Source: Centroscyllium fabricii
Taxonomy: Eukaryota
Length of the DNA: 64,000 nucleotides
Direction: 5' to 3'
Assembly: GCA_051313645.2 (NCBI GenBank)
Contig: JBNRSN020000015.1
Coordinates: 38,192,001-38,256,000, forward strand
The notes below the pieces were generated by a model, which was given only the letters and a program-made list of their open reading frames with translations, was not told the origin of the DNA and searched no databases. Shown piece after piece: positions 1 to 12,500 of the stretch (positions are counted from its first letter, which is position 1; every line of letters begins with the position of its first letter). The position numbers were made by a program, and so were the translations under genes.

Positions 1-287
1 GCTGAAAATTCATGTGACGGATGTAATTTGACTATCAATCTTCGAGAATTGAAATCCAAATAATGTTGGATGCCTTTTATGTTAGCAGGTGGAAAGGGTC
101 TAAAGTCAGAAACTTAACTGGACCAGTCAAATTGGGTTGTAGGCCAAAGAAATTAGCTAAGGACTCAGTCTATCCTTTTCCATTTCAGTCGGCAACATTT
201 GTTGATTTGACCCTGACCAGAACTTGGATGGTTTTTAAGTATTCAGTTCTATATCATGTTTTTTGTGTGTAACTTTCCTCCCAACAG

Positions 288-554
288 TTCCTTCCAAGCC
301 TGGAGATATTACAGTGACGAGCTTTACCAACAGTTCAATCTCTCTGAGCTTGGGGAAACCTACAGGCATGAAGGTCGCTCAATACAACTTTAGCATTATA
401 CACAGTCATTCTAATGGCAATGGCTCATTCATTGAGCGTACAAACTCCACCACAATAACTGGCCTAGAACCTGGAACCAATTACACCATCTCTGTAACTA
501 CCGTTGTTTTTGGTGATGTGAAGAGTGAAGCTGTAGTTATAAACCAATTCACAA
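288..554 (+). CDS. FN3 exon A, unit 1 (267 nt, phase 1-1)
   Basis: Acceptor ctttcctcccaacag ends at 287; donor a|gtaagt at 555; encodes PSKPGDITV...GLEPGTNYTISV...NQFT. Confidence 0.93.
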
Positions 555-3500
555 GTAAGTGAGACACAATTTCTGCTGTGGAACTCGATTTTAATGGACT
601 GTGTGCATGGATGGATACAACCAATAAATGGTCTGCTCTCAAGCAATTGAGAACCCTAACTGTGGGATAGCTCTGCTGAGAGGTTATTGGAATGTGCAAG
701 ATTGGCATTGGCAGAAACCTTGGTGAACTCTGTTACTGACCGCTGTAGAGTGTATCGGTTTATTGGCAACCTTTCACACGCAAGAAGTGACTATTTTGTT
801 TAAATGCAACCTTGTTGAGAAAGATGATACTTTTGAAATGGGATAGACTAATGTATCTGATTTGGCAGGCTCTGGTGTCAAAATTTGATTGATGAGTGGA
901 CATTTCTTTGACATAGGTATCCATAGGGGTAGTAGAAGAGGAGACAGGATGAGTGGACCTGATTAATTCCCAGCCTAAAGCATCTTAGTTATCAAGATAG
1001 GTTAAAAGAGCTGGGGCTCTACACTTTAGAGAAGCATAGACTTGGGGTCATCAGGTTGAGGTTTATAGGATGTTTACCAGTTGACTCTTTGTTCCAACTA
1101 ATTAGGTTAGGGAGGACAGGGGGGTCACAATTTGAAGCTGTTTAAGGCCAGATCTAGGTTCGATGTGATGAGGTGCTTCTTTTGCCAGAGAATAGTGGAC
1201 CTCTGGAGCAGGCTGGCCGTCTCATGCAGCAGACGCCGACTCGATAAATTCCTTCACGTGAGAGCTCGACCTGTTTCTAGTTGGGGTGGATATCACCTCT
1301 GACGAAAGCTAGGTATTTCATGGAATTCAGAGTCCGAGTAATCTCCTGGACTAGTTTTGTTCGCCTAGATGGGTCAGTGAGGAATTTCCCAGATTTTTTT
1401 ACCCTAAATTGGTCTGGGTTTTAAAGATCACATGGTTTCAGGTGGGGTGGCAATATCGCGATTGTGTGGGACATGCTGGATGGAGCAGAGGGTCTTTACC
1501 TGTCGGTCATTGTTCATATGTTTGTATATTTGCTGTGAATTACATCAAAGTTTTAGCAAGTTATAGCTTGGTGGAGTGACCGTTTCTCACCAATGGGACA
1601 TTGGACCCATTGGCTCCCTGATACATTTGTCACAGCAGACCACAACAACAGCAACCCTCATTTATATGATGCCTTTAACGTAGGAAATTATCCCAAGGTG
1701 TTCCACAGAAGGGTTCTAAAAACAAAAATTGACACCGCTGCATATCATTGAAGAATATTGTCTGCAGTGGAACACATGGGAATATATTTCAATAAATGGC
1801 GTAGATGGAACAGATGTGACAAATGTGCAATTGTGTGGAATCAGCAGTGTTGGCATCATCAGTTGATGGGCAACTGAAATCGAGGAAAATTAAGACGGTT
1901 GCAAAAGTTGTTCAACTGCAAGACAAGGCAATGGTTTATTGGATACAAATTGCAGTAATGATGATTGACATCTATAGACAGGTAGCCTGTGATGATGTGA
2001 CAAGCCAGCAGTGGCCGGCGAATGTTGCATCAAACTGGTGGATTCTGCTAGCGGCTTGGAATGAAGATGCTTGGAGGCGAGGATGCTTATAATCTCTGGG
2101 TTGACATCAAGTTGATGTGCACACTGTGCAGTACCTTTGCCCATTACCTAGTTATGAAATCTATTTGCTTTTCTATAATTCTGTTCCTGTGTGGAGAATT
2201 GTCTCAAACCTGTTTGCAGGGTGGCAGACAAAGCAAAAGCACCTAGCACGAGTGGTGGTCAAAATTCTGTAAGATATTTTGCAGATAGAGGGGCCAGAAA
2301 TATTTGCTCACTGTTTGCCAACTCTCCCAGTGGAAGGACTTGGTTAATGGGAAAGGTCTTCCGCAGGAGGTAGTCCACAGACGATGAGAATCAAAAGTGT
2401 GATAAGAAATCTGTGTAGGGTTGGTTACGTGGTTGTTGAGGTTGACATTGAGGAGTCGAATCTGAATGAGTCATTTGACCAACCAGACAACTTGTACAGC
2501 ACAGTTGCGATTATGATTAATTAGGATGGTTGAAAGTGGTTGCGTTGTTTTAAAGGATCTTCTTGAAGTATTAAATTGTCACACTTAGGTTGTTGATGTG
2601 ATGGTTGTGATTGGCAGTGCCATCACAATGGAAAGGAATTGGAATGATATAGATTGAATCTGCACAGGTTATCATGGATCATCGACGACAGCGGAGAATG
2701 AGCCGGTGTGAGATTGATGTTATTCTCAACATCTCATTAATATTTGCAGAACCAAATCCTGTGACCAATGTAACAGTTTTGAATCGCAACACCACTTCAG
2801 TTACTCTAAGCTGGGTCCGTCCAATCGACCACAAGCCTCGGTACAGATACAGGGTGGAGACTAGGGAAAATCCATCTTCAAATAGCACTGTTACTAATGA
2901 ATCCATTACCGTGGCTCAACTGGACCCTGGAACCAGATACACGTTCAGCGTGTTCACACTGGCGGCAGATGGTACATTAGCAGATCCGGTCACCATCTCT
3001 CTGACTACAGGTAGGAGTGCGGCTCAATTTGTATTTTGGTTCAATGAGAGTTCCTCCATGACCAAGATTTTGAAAAACACTGGTTAGGCCTCAGCTGGAG
3101 GATTGTGTTCAGTTCTGGGTACTCCACTTTTGGAAGGATGTCGAGGGCTTAGAGAGGGTGCCCTTGACCGGTACCAGGGATGAGGGACGTCTGTTGTGTG
3201 GAGAGAGTGGAAAAGCCAGGGTTGTTCTCCTTAGAACAGAGAAGATTAAGAGGAGATTTGATAGAGGTGTTCAAAATCATGAATGGTCTTGATAGAGTAA
3301 ATGAGGAGAAACACTTTCCAGTGGCAGAAGGACCGGTAACCAGAGACACAGATGTAAGGCAATTAGCAAAAGAAGCAGAGGCGACATGAGGAAACATTTT
3401 CTACACAGTGAGTTGTTGTGATTCAGAATGCACTGCCTGAAAGGGTGGTGAAAGCAGATTCCGTGGTAACTTTGAAAAGGAAAAGTGGTGAAATATTTGA

Positions 3501-6500
3501 AGGGGAAAAAGTTGCAGGACTTTGGGGAAAAAGTGGGCGAGTTGGACTCGTTGGAAAGCTCTACCAAAGAGCCGGCACAGACACCATGTCGTCCTCCTAC
3601 GATCGATGGGTAAAACTGGAGACTGTCGCTTCTGATTCAATCGTAAAGAAATGGACACCCATGAACAGAAAGAAAACATCAAGCTGAAAATTCATGTGAC
3701 GGATGTAATTTGACTATCAATCTTCGAGAATTGAAATCCAAATAATGTTGGATGCCTTTTATGTTAGCAGGTGGAAAGGGTCTAAAGTCAGAAACTTAAC
3801 TGGACCAGTCAAATTGGGTTGTAGGCCAAAGAAATTAGCTAAGGACTCAGTCTATCCTTTTCCATTTCAGTCAGCAACATTTGTTGATTTGACCCTGACC
3901 AGAACTTGGATGGTTTTTAAGTATTCAGTTCTATATCATGTTTTTTGTGTGTAACTTTCCTCCCAACAGTTCCTTCCAAGCCTAGAGATATTACGGTGAC
4001 GAGCTTTACCAACAGTTCAATCTCTCTGAGCTTGGGGAAACCTACAGGCATGAAGGTCGCTCAATACAACTTTAGCATTATACACAGTCATTCTAATGGC
4101 AATGGCTCATTCATTGAGCGTACAAACTCCACCACAATAAGTGGCCTAGAACCTGGAACCAATTACACCATCTCTGTAACTACCATTGTTTTTGGTGATG
4201 TGAAGAGTGAAGCTGTAGTTATAAACCAATTCACAAGTAAGTGAGACACAATTTCTGCTGTGGAACTCGATTTTAATGGACTGTGTGCATGGATGGATAC
4301 AACCAATAAATGGTCTGCTCTCAAGCAATTGAGAACCCTAACTGTGGAATGGCTCTGCTGAGAGGTTATTGGAATGTGCAAGATTGGCATTGGCAGAAAC
4401 CTTGGTGAACTCTGTTACTGACCGCTGTAGAGTGTATCGGTTTATTGGCAACCTTTCACACGCAAGAAGTGACTATTTTGTTTAAATGCAACCTTGTTGA
4501 GAAAGATGATACTTTTGAAATGGGATAGACTAATGTATCTGATTTGGCAGGCTCTGGTGTCAAAATTTGATTGATGAGTGGACATTTCTTTGACATAGGT
4601 ATCCATAGGGGTAGTAGAAGAGGAGACAGGATGAGTGGACCTGATTAATTCCCAGCCTAAAGCATCTTAGTTATCAAGATAGGTTAAAAGAGCTGGGGCT
4701 CTACACTTTAGAGAAGCATAGACTTGGGGTCATCAGGTTGAGGTTTATAGGATGTTTACCAGTTGACTCTTTGTTCCAACTAATTAGGTTAGGGAGGACA
4801 GGGGGGTCACAATTTGAAGCTGTTTAAGGCCAGATCTAGGTTCGATGTGATGAGGTGCTTCTTTTGCCAGAGAATAGTGGACCTCTGGAGCAGGCTGGCC
4901 GTCTCATGCAGCAGACGCCGACTCGCTAAATTCCTTCACGTGAGAGCTCGACCTGTTTCTAGTTGGGGTGGATATCACCTCTGACGAAAGCTAGGTATTT
5001 CATGGAATTCAGAGTCCGAGTAATCTCCTGGACTAGTTTTGTTCGCCTAGATGGGTCAGTGAGGAATTTCCCAGATTTTTTTACCCTAAATTGGTCTGGG
5101 TTTTAAAGATCACATGGTTTCAGGTGGGGTGGCAATATCGCGATTGTGTGGGACATGCTGGATGGAGCAGAGGGTCTTTACCTGTCGGTCATTGTTCATA
5201 TGTTTGTATATTTGCTGTGAATTACATCAAAGTTTTAGCAAGTTATAGCTTGGTGGAGTGACCGTTTCCCACCAATGGGACATTGGACCCATTGGCTCCC
5301 TGATACATTTGACACAGCAGACCACAACAACAGCAACCCTCATTTATATGATGCCTTTAACGTAGGAAATTATCCCAAGGTGTTCCACAGAAGGGTTCTA
5401 AAAACAAAAATTGACACCGCTGCATATCATTGAAGAATATTGTCTGCAGTGGAACACATGGGAATATATTTCAATAAATGGCGTAGATGGAACAGATGTG
5501 ACAAATGTGCAATTGTGTGGAATCAGCAGTGTTGGCATCATCAGTTGATGGGCAACTGAAATCGAGGAAAATTAAGACTGTTGCAAAAGTTGTTCAACTG
5601 AAAGACAAGGCAATGGTTTATTGGATACAAATTGCAGTAATGATGATTGACATCTATAGACAGGTAGCCTGTGATGATGTGACAAGCCAGCAGTGGCCGG
5701 CGAATGTTGCATCAAACTGGTGGATTCTGCTAGCGGCTTGGAATGAAGATGCTTGGAGGCGAGGATGCTTATAATCTCTGGGTTGACATCAAGTTGATGT
5801 GCACACTGTGCAGTACCTTTGCCCATTACCTAGTTATGAAATCTATTTGCTTTTCTATAATTCTGTTCCTGTGTGGAGAATTGTCTCAAACCTGTTTACA
5901 GGGTGGCAGACAAAGCAAAAGCACCTAGCACGAGTGGTGGTCAAAATTCTGTAAGATATTTTGCAGATAGAGGGGCCAGAAATATTTGCTCACTGTTTGC
6001 CAACTCTCCCAGTGGAAGGACTTGGTTAATGGGAAAGGTCTTCCGCAGGAGGTAGTCCACAGACGATGAGAATCAAAAGTGTGATAAGAAATCTGTGTAG
6101 GGTTGGTTACGTGGTTGTTGAGGTTGACATTGAGGAGTCGAATCTGAATGAGTCATTTGACCAACCAGACAACTTGTACAGCACAGTTGCGATTATGATT
6201 AATTAGGATGGTTGAAAGTGGTTGCGTTGTTTTAAAGGATCTTCTTGAAGTATTAAATTGTCACACTTAGGTTGTTGATGTGATGGTTGTGATTGGCAGT
6301 GCCATCACAATGGAAAGGAATTGGAATGATATAGATTGAATCTGCACAGGTTATCATGGATCATCGACGACAGCGGAGAATGAGCCGGTGTGAGATTGAT
6401 GTTATTCTCAACATCTCATTAATATTTGCAGAACCAAATCCTGTGACCAATGTAACAGTTTTGAATCGCAACACCACTTCAGTTACTCTAAGCTGGGTCC

Positions 6501-9500
6501 GTCCAATCGACCACAAGCCTCGGTACAGATACAGGGTGGAGACTAGGGAAAATCCATCTTCAAATAGCACTGTTACTAATGAATCCATTACCGTGGCTCA
6601 ACTGGACCCTGGAACCAGATACACGTTCAGCGTGTTCACACTGGCGGCAGATGGTACATTAGCAGATCCGGTCACCATCTCTCTGACTACAGGTAGGAGT
6701 GCGGCTCAATTTGTATTTTGGTTCAATGAGAGTTCCTCCATGACCAAGATTTTGAAAAACACTGGTTAGGCCTCAGCTGGAGGATTGTGTTCAGTTCTGG
6801 GTACTCCACTTTTGGAAGGTTGTCGAGGGCTTGGAGAGGGTGCACTTGACCGGTACCAGGGATGAGGGACGTCTGTTGTGTGGAGAGAGTGGAAAAGCCA
6901 GGGTTGTTCTCCTTAGAACAGAGAAGGTTAAGAGGAGATTTGATAGAGGTGTTCAAAATCATGAATGGTCTTGATAGAGTAAATGAGGAGAAACACTTTC
7001 CAGTGGCAGAAGGACCGGTAACCAGAGACACAGATGTAAGGCAATTAGCAAAAGAAGCAGAGGCGACATGAGGAAACATTTTCTACACAGTGAGTTGTTG
7101 TGATTCAGAATGCACTGCCTGAAAGGGTGGTGAAAGCAGATTCCGTGGTAACTTTGAAAAGGAAAAGTGGCGAAATATTTGAAGGGGAAAAAGTTGCAGG
7201 ACTTTGGGGAAAAAGTGGTCGAGTTGGACTCGTTGGAAAGCTCTACCAAAGAGCCGGCACAGACACCATGGACCGTATGTCGTCCTCCTACGATCGATGG
7301 GTAAAACTGGAGACTGTCGCTTCTGATTCAATCGTAAAGAAATGGACACCCATGAACAGAAAGAAAACATCAAGCTGAAAATTCATGTGACGGATGTAAT
7401 TTGACTATCAATCTTCGAGAATTGAAATCCAAATAATGTTGGATGCCTTTTATGTTAGCAGGTGGAAAGGGTCTAAAGTCAGAAACTTAACTGGACCAGT
7501 CAAATTGGGTTGTAGGCCAAAGAAATTAGCTAAGGACTCAGTCTATCCTTTTCCATTTCAGTCGGCAACATTTGTTGATTTGACCCTGACCAGAACTTGG
7601 ATGGTTTTTAAGTATTCAGTTCTATATCATGTTTTTTGTGTGTAACTTTCCTCCCAACAGTTCCTTCCAAGCCTGGAGATATTACAGTGACGAGCTTTAC
7701 CAACAGTTCAATCTCTCTGAGCTTGGGGAAACCTACAGGCATGAAGGTCGCTCAATACAACTTTAGCATTATACACAGTCATTCTAATGGCAATGGCTCA
7801 TTCATTGAGCGTACAAACTCCACCACAATAACTGGCCTAGAACCTGGAACCAATTACACCATCTCTGTAACTACCGTTGTTTTTGGTGATGTGAAGAGTG
7901 AAGCTGTAGTTATAAACCAATTCACAAGTAAGTGAGACACAATTTCTGCTGTGGAACTCGATTTTAATGGACTGTGTGCATGGATGGATACAACCAATAA
8001 ATGGTCTGCTCTCAAGCAATTGAGAACCCTAACTGTGGGATAGCTCTGCTGAGAGGTTATTGGAATGTGCAAGATTGGCATTGGCAGAAACCTTGGTGAA
8101 CTCTGTTACTGACCGCTGTAGAGTGTATCGGTTTATTGGCAACCTTTCACACGCAAGAAGTGACTATTTTGTTTAAATGCAACCTTGTTGAGAAAGATGA
8201 TACTTTTGAAATGGGATAGACTAATGTATCTGATTTGGCAGGCTCTGGTGTCAAAATTTGATTGATGAGTGGACATTTCTTTGACATAGGTATCCATAGG
8301 GGTAGTAGAAGAGGAGACAGGATGAGTGGACCTGATTAATTCCCAGCCTAAAGCATCTTAGTTATCAAGATAGGTTAAAAGAGCTGGGGCTCTACACTTT
8401 AGAGAAGCATAGACTTGGGGTCATCAGGTTGAGGTTTATAGGATGTTTACCAGTTGACTCTTTGTTCCAACTAATTAGGTTAGGGAGGACAGGGGGGTCA
8501 CAATTTGAAGCTGTTTAAGGCCAGATCTAGGTTCGATGTGATGAGGTGCTTCTTTTGCCAGAGAATAGTGGACCTCTGGAGCAGGCTGGCCGTCTCATCC
8601 TTCACGTGAGAGCTCGACCTGTTTCTAGTTGGGGTGGATATCACCTCTGACGAAAGCTAGGTATTTCATGGAATTCAGAGTCCGAGTAATCTCCTGGACT
8701 AGTTTTGTTCGCCTAGATGGGTCAGTGAGGAATTTCCCAGATTTTTTTACCCTAAATTGGTCTGGGTTTTAAAGATCACATGGTTTCAGGTGGGGTGGCA
8801 ATATCGCGATTGTGTGGGACATGCTGGATGGAGCAGAGGGTCTTTACCTGTCGGTCATTGTTCATATGTTTGTATATTTGCTGTGAATTACATCAAAGTT
8901 TTAGCAAGTTATAGCTTGGTGGAGTGACCGTTTCTCACCAATGGGACATTGGACCCATTGGCTCCCTGATACATTTGACACAGCAGACCACAACAACAGC
9001 AACCCTCATTTATATGATGCCTTTAACGTAGGAAATTATCCCAAGGTGTTCCACAGAAGGGTTCTAAAAACAAAAATTGACACCGCTGCATATCATTGAA
9101 GAATATTGTCTGCAGTGGAACACATGGGAATATATTTCAATAAATGGCGTAGATGGAACAGATGTGACAAATGTGCAATTGTGTGGAATCAGCAGTGTTG
9201 GCATCATCAGTTGATGGGCAACTGAAATCGAGGAAAATTAAGACTGTTGCAAAAGTTGTTCAACTGAAAGACAAGGCAATGGTTTATTGGATACAAATTG
9301 CAGTAATGATGATTGACATCTATAGACAGGTAGCCTGTGATGATGTGACAAGCCAGCAGTGGCCGGCGAATGTTGCATCAAACTGGTGGATTCTGCTAGC
9401 GGCTTGGAATGAAGATGCTTGGAGGCGAGGATGCTTATAATCTCTGGGTTGACATCAAGTTGATGTGCACACTGTGCAGTACCTTTGCCCATTACCTAGT

Positions 9501-12500
9501 TATGAAATCTATTTGCTTTTCTATAATTCTGTTCCTGTGTGGAGAATTGTCTCAAACCTGTTTGCAGGGTGGCAGACAAAGCAAAAGCACCTAGCACGAG
9601 TGGTGGTCAAAATTCTGTAAGATATTTTGCAGATAGAGGGGCCAGAAATATTTGCTCACTGTTTGCCAACTCTCCCAGTGGAAGGACTTGGTTAATGGGA
9701 AAGGTCTTCCGCAGGAGGTAGTCCACAGACGATGAGAATCAAAAGTGTGATAAGAAATCTGTGTAGGGTTGGTTACGTGGTTGTTGAGGTTGACATTGAG
9801 GAGTCGAATCTGAATGAGTCATTTGACCAACCAGACAACTTGTACAGCACAGTTGCGATTATGATTAATTAGGATGGTTGAAAGTGGTTGCGTTGTTTTA
9901 AAGGATCTTCTTGAAGTATTAAATTGTCACACTTAGGTTGTTGATGTGATGGTTGTGATTGGCAGTGCCATCACAATGGAAAGGAATTGGAATGATATAG
10001 ATTGAATCTGCACAGGTTATCATGGATCATCGACGACAGCGGAGAATGAGCCGGTGTGAGATTGATGTTATTCTCAACATCTCATTAATATTTGCAGAAC
10101 CAAATCCTGTGACCAATGTAACAGTTTTGAATCGCAACACCACTTCAGTTACTCTAAGCTGGGTCCGTCCAATCGACCACAAGCCTCGGTACAGATACAG
10201 GGTGGAGACTAGGGAAAATCCATCTTCAAATAGCACTGTTACTAATGAATCCATTACCGTGGCTCAACTGGACCCTGGAACCAGATACACGTTCAGCGTG
10301 TTCACACTGGCGGCAGATGGTACATTAGCAGATCCGGTCACCATCTCTCTGACTACAGGTAGGAGTGCGGCTCAATTTGTATTTTGGTTCAATGAGAGTT
10401 CCTCCATGACCAAGATTTTGAAAAACACTGGTTAGGCCTCAGCTGGAGGATTGTGTTCAGTTCTGGGTACTCCACTTTTGGAAGGATGTCGAGGGCTTGG
10501 AGAGGGTGCACTTGACCGGTACCAGGGATGAGGGACGTCTGTTGTGTGGAGAGAGTGGAAAAGCCAGGGTTGTTCTCCTTAGAACAGAGAAGGTTAAGAG
10601 GAGATTTGATAGAGGTGTTCAAAATCATGAATGGTCTTGATAGAGTAAATGAGGAGAAACACTTTCCAGTGGCAGAAGGACCGGTAACCAGAGACACAGA
10701 TGTAAGGCAATTAGCAAAAGAAGCAGAGGCGACATGAGGAAACATTTTCTACACAGTGAGTTGTTGTGATTCAGAATGCACTGCCTGAAAGGGTGGTGAA
10801 AGCAGATTCCGTGGTAACTTTGAAAAGGAAAAGTGGCGAAATATTTGAAGGGGAAAAAGTTGCAGGACTTTGGGGAAAAAGTGGTCGAGTTGGACTCGTT
10901 GGAAAGCTCTACCAAAGAGCCGGCACAGACACCATGGACCGTATGTCGTCCTCCTACGATCGATGGGTAAAACTGGAGACTGTCGCTTCTGATTCAATCG
11001 TAAAGAAATGGACACCCATGAACAGAAAGAAAACATCAAGCTGAAAATTCATGTGACGGATGTAATTTGACTATCAATCTTCGAGAATTGAAATCCAAAT
11101 AATGTTGGATGCCTTTTATGTTAGCAGGTGGAAAGGGTCTAAAGTCAGAAACTTAACTGGACCAGTCAAATTGGGTTGTAGGCCAAAGAAATTAGCTAAG
11201 GACTCAGTCTATCCTTTTCCATTTCAGTCGGCAACATTTGTTGATTTGACCCTGACCAGAACTTGGATGGTTTTTAAGTATTCAGTTCTATATCATGTTT
11301 TTTGTGTGTAACTTTCCTCCCAACAGTTCCTTCCAAGCCTGGAGATATTACAGTGACGAGCTTTACCAACAGTTCAATCTCTCTGAGCTTGGGGAAACCT
11401 ACAGGCATGAAGGTCGCTCAATACAACTTTAGCATTATACACAGTCATTCTAATGGCAATGGCTCATTCATTGAGCGTACAAACTCCACCACAATAACTG
11501 GCCTAGAACCTGGAACCAATTACACCATCTCTGTAACTACCGTTGTTTTTGGTGATGTGAAGAGTGAAGCTGTAGTTATAAACCAATTCACAAGTAAGTG
11601 AGACACAATTTCTGCTGTGGAACTCGATTTTAATGGACTGTGTGCATGGATGGATACAACCAATAAATGGTCTGCTCTCAAGCAATTGAGAACCCTAACT
11701 GTGGGATAGCTCTGCTGAGAGGTTATTGGAATGTGCAAGATTGGCATTGGCAGAAACCTTGGTGAACTCTGTTACTGACCGCTGTAGAGTGTATCGGTTT
11801 ATTGGCAACCTTTCACACGCAAGAAGTGACTATTTTGTTTAAATGCAACCTTGTTGAGAAAGATGATACTTTTGAAATGGGATAGACTAATGTATCTGAT
11901 TTGGCAGGCTCTGGTGTCAAAATTTGATTGATGAGTGGACATTTCTTTGACATAGGTATCCATAGGGGTAGTAGAAGAGGAGACAGGATGAGTGGACCTG
12001 ATTAATTCCCAGCCTAAAGCATCTTGGTTATCAAGATAGGTTAAAAGAGCTGGGGCTCTACACTTTAGAGAAGCATAGACTTGGGGTCATCAGGTTGAGG
12101 TTTATAGGATGTTTACCAGTTGACTCTTTGTTCCAACTAATTAGGTTAGGGAGGACAGGGGGGTCACAATTTGAAGCTGTTTAAGGCCAGATCTAGGTTC
12201 GATGTGATGAGGTGCTTCTTTTGCCAGAGAATAGTGGACCTCTGGAGCAGGCTGGCCGTCTCATGCAGCAGACGCCGACTCGCTAAATTCCTTCACGTGA
12301 GAGCTCGACCTGTTTCTAGTTGGGGTGGATATCACCTCTGACGAAAGCTAGGTATTTCATGGAATTCAGAGTCCGAGTAATCTCCTGGACTAGTTTTGTT
12401 CGCCTAGATGGGTCAGTGAGGAATTTCCCAGATTTTTTTACCCTAAATTGGTCTGGGTTTTAAAGATCACATGGTTTCAGGTGGGGTGGCAATATCGCGA

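Larger units (their letters stand above)
555..2749 (+). other. Intron A-to-B (2195 bp; 2170 or 2176 bp in deletion-bearing units), repeated in every unit
   Basis: Begins GTAAGT, ends TTTGCAG. Confidence 0.9.

Noticed and set aside
500-530. Integrin-binding RGD in the FG loop of domain A
   Set aside because: The sequence is FGD (VVFGDVKS), not RGD, in all copies. The only RGD in the ORF track is in the CR1 remnant (LRGDL).
1590-1613. Inverted repeat CCAATGGG-N8-CCCATTGG containing CCAAT boxes
   Set aside because: An 8-bp stem is expected by chance in a 3.7-kb unit, and there is no other promoter or transposon-end evidence.
1823-2373. ORFs of 60-89 aa in intron A-to-B (MCNCVES..., MKMLGG..., MENCLK..., MGKGTA...) as a third exon or nested gene
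   Set aside because: They show no recognisable domain and no convincing splice-site pair. Their recurrence merely reflects the tandem repeat.
2827-2856. Furin cleavage site in domain B (HKPRYRYR)
   Set aside because: It does not fit R-X-[K/R]-R or R-X-X-R. The alternating Y/R pattern is what an FN3 beta-strand C would show.
263-3087. ORFs 263..562 and 2674..3087 as standalone small genes
   Set aside because: Their N- and C-terminal extensions are intron sequence. FN3 similarity starts and stops exactly at the AG and GT splice sites.
3149-3687. Overlapping ORFs on both strands as functional genes or an active retrotransposon
   Set aside because: They are fragments and antisense frames of a ~0.5-kb 5'-truncated, frameshifted CR1 with no RT or endonuclease core.
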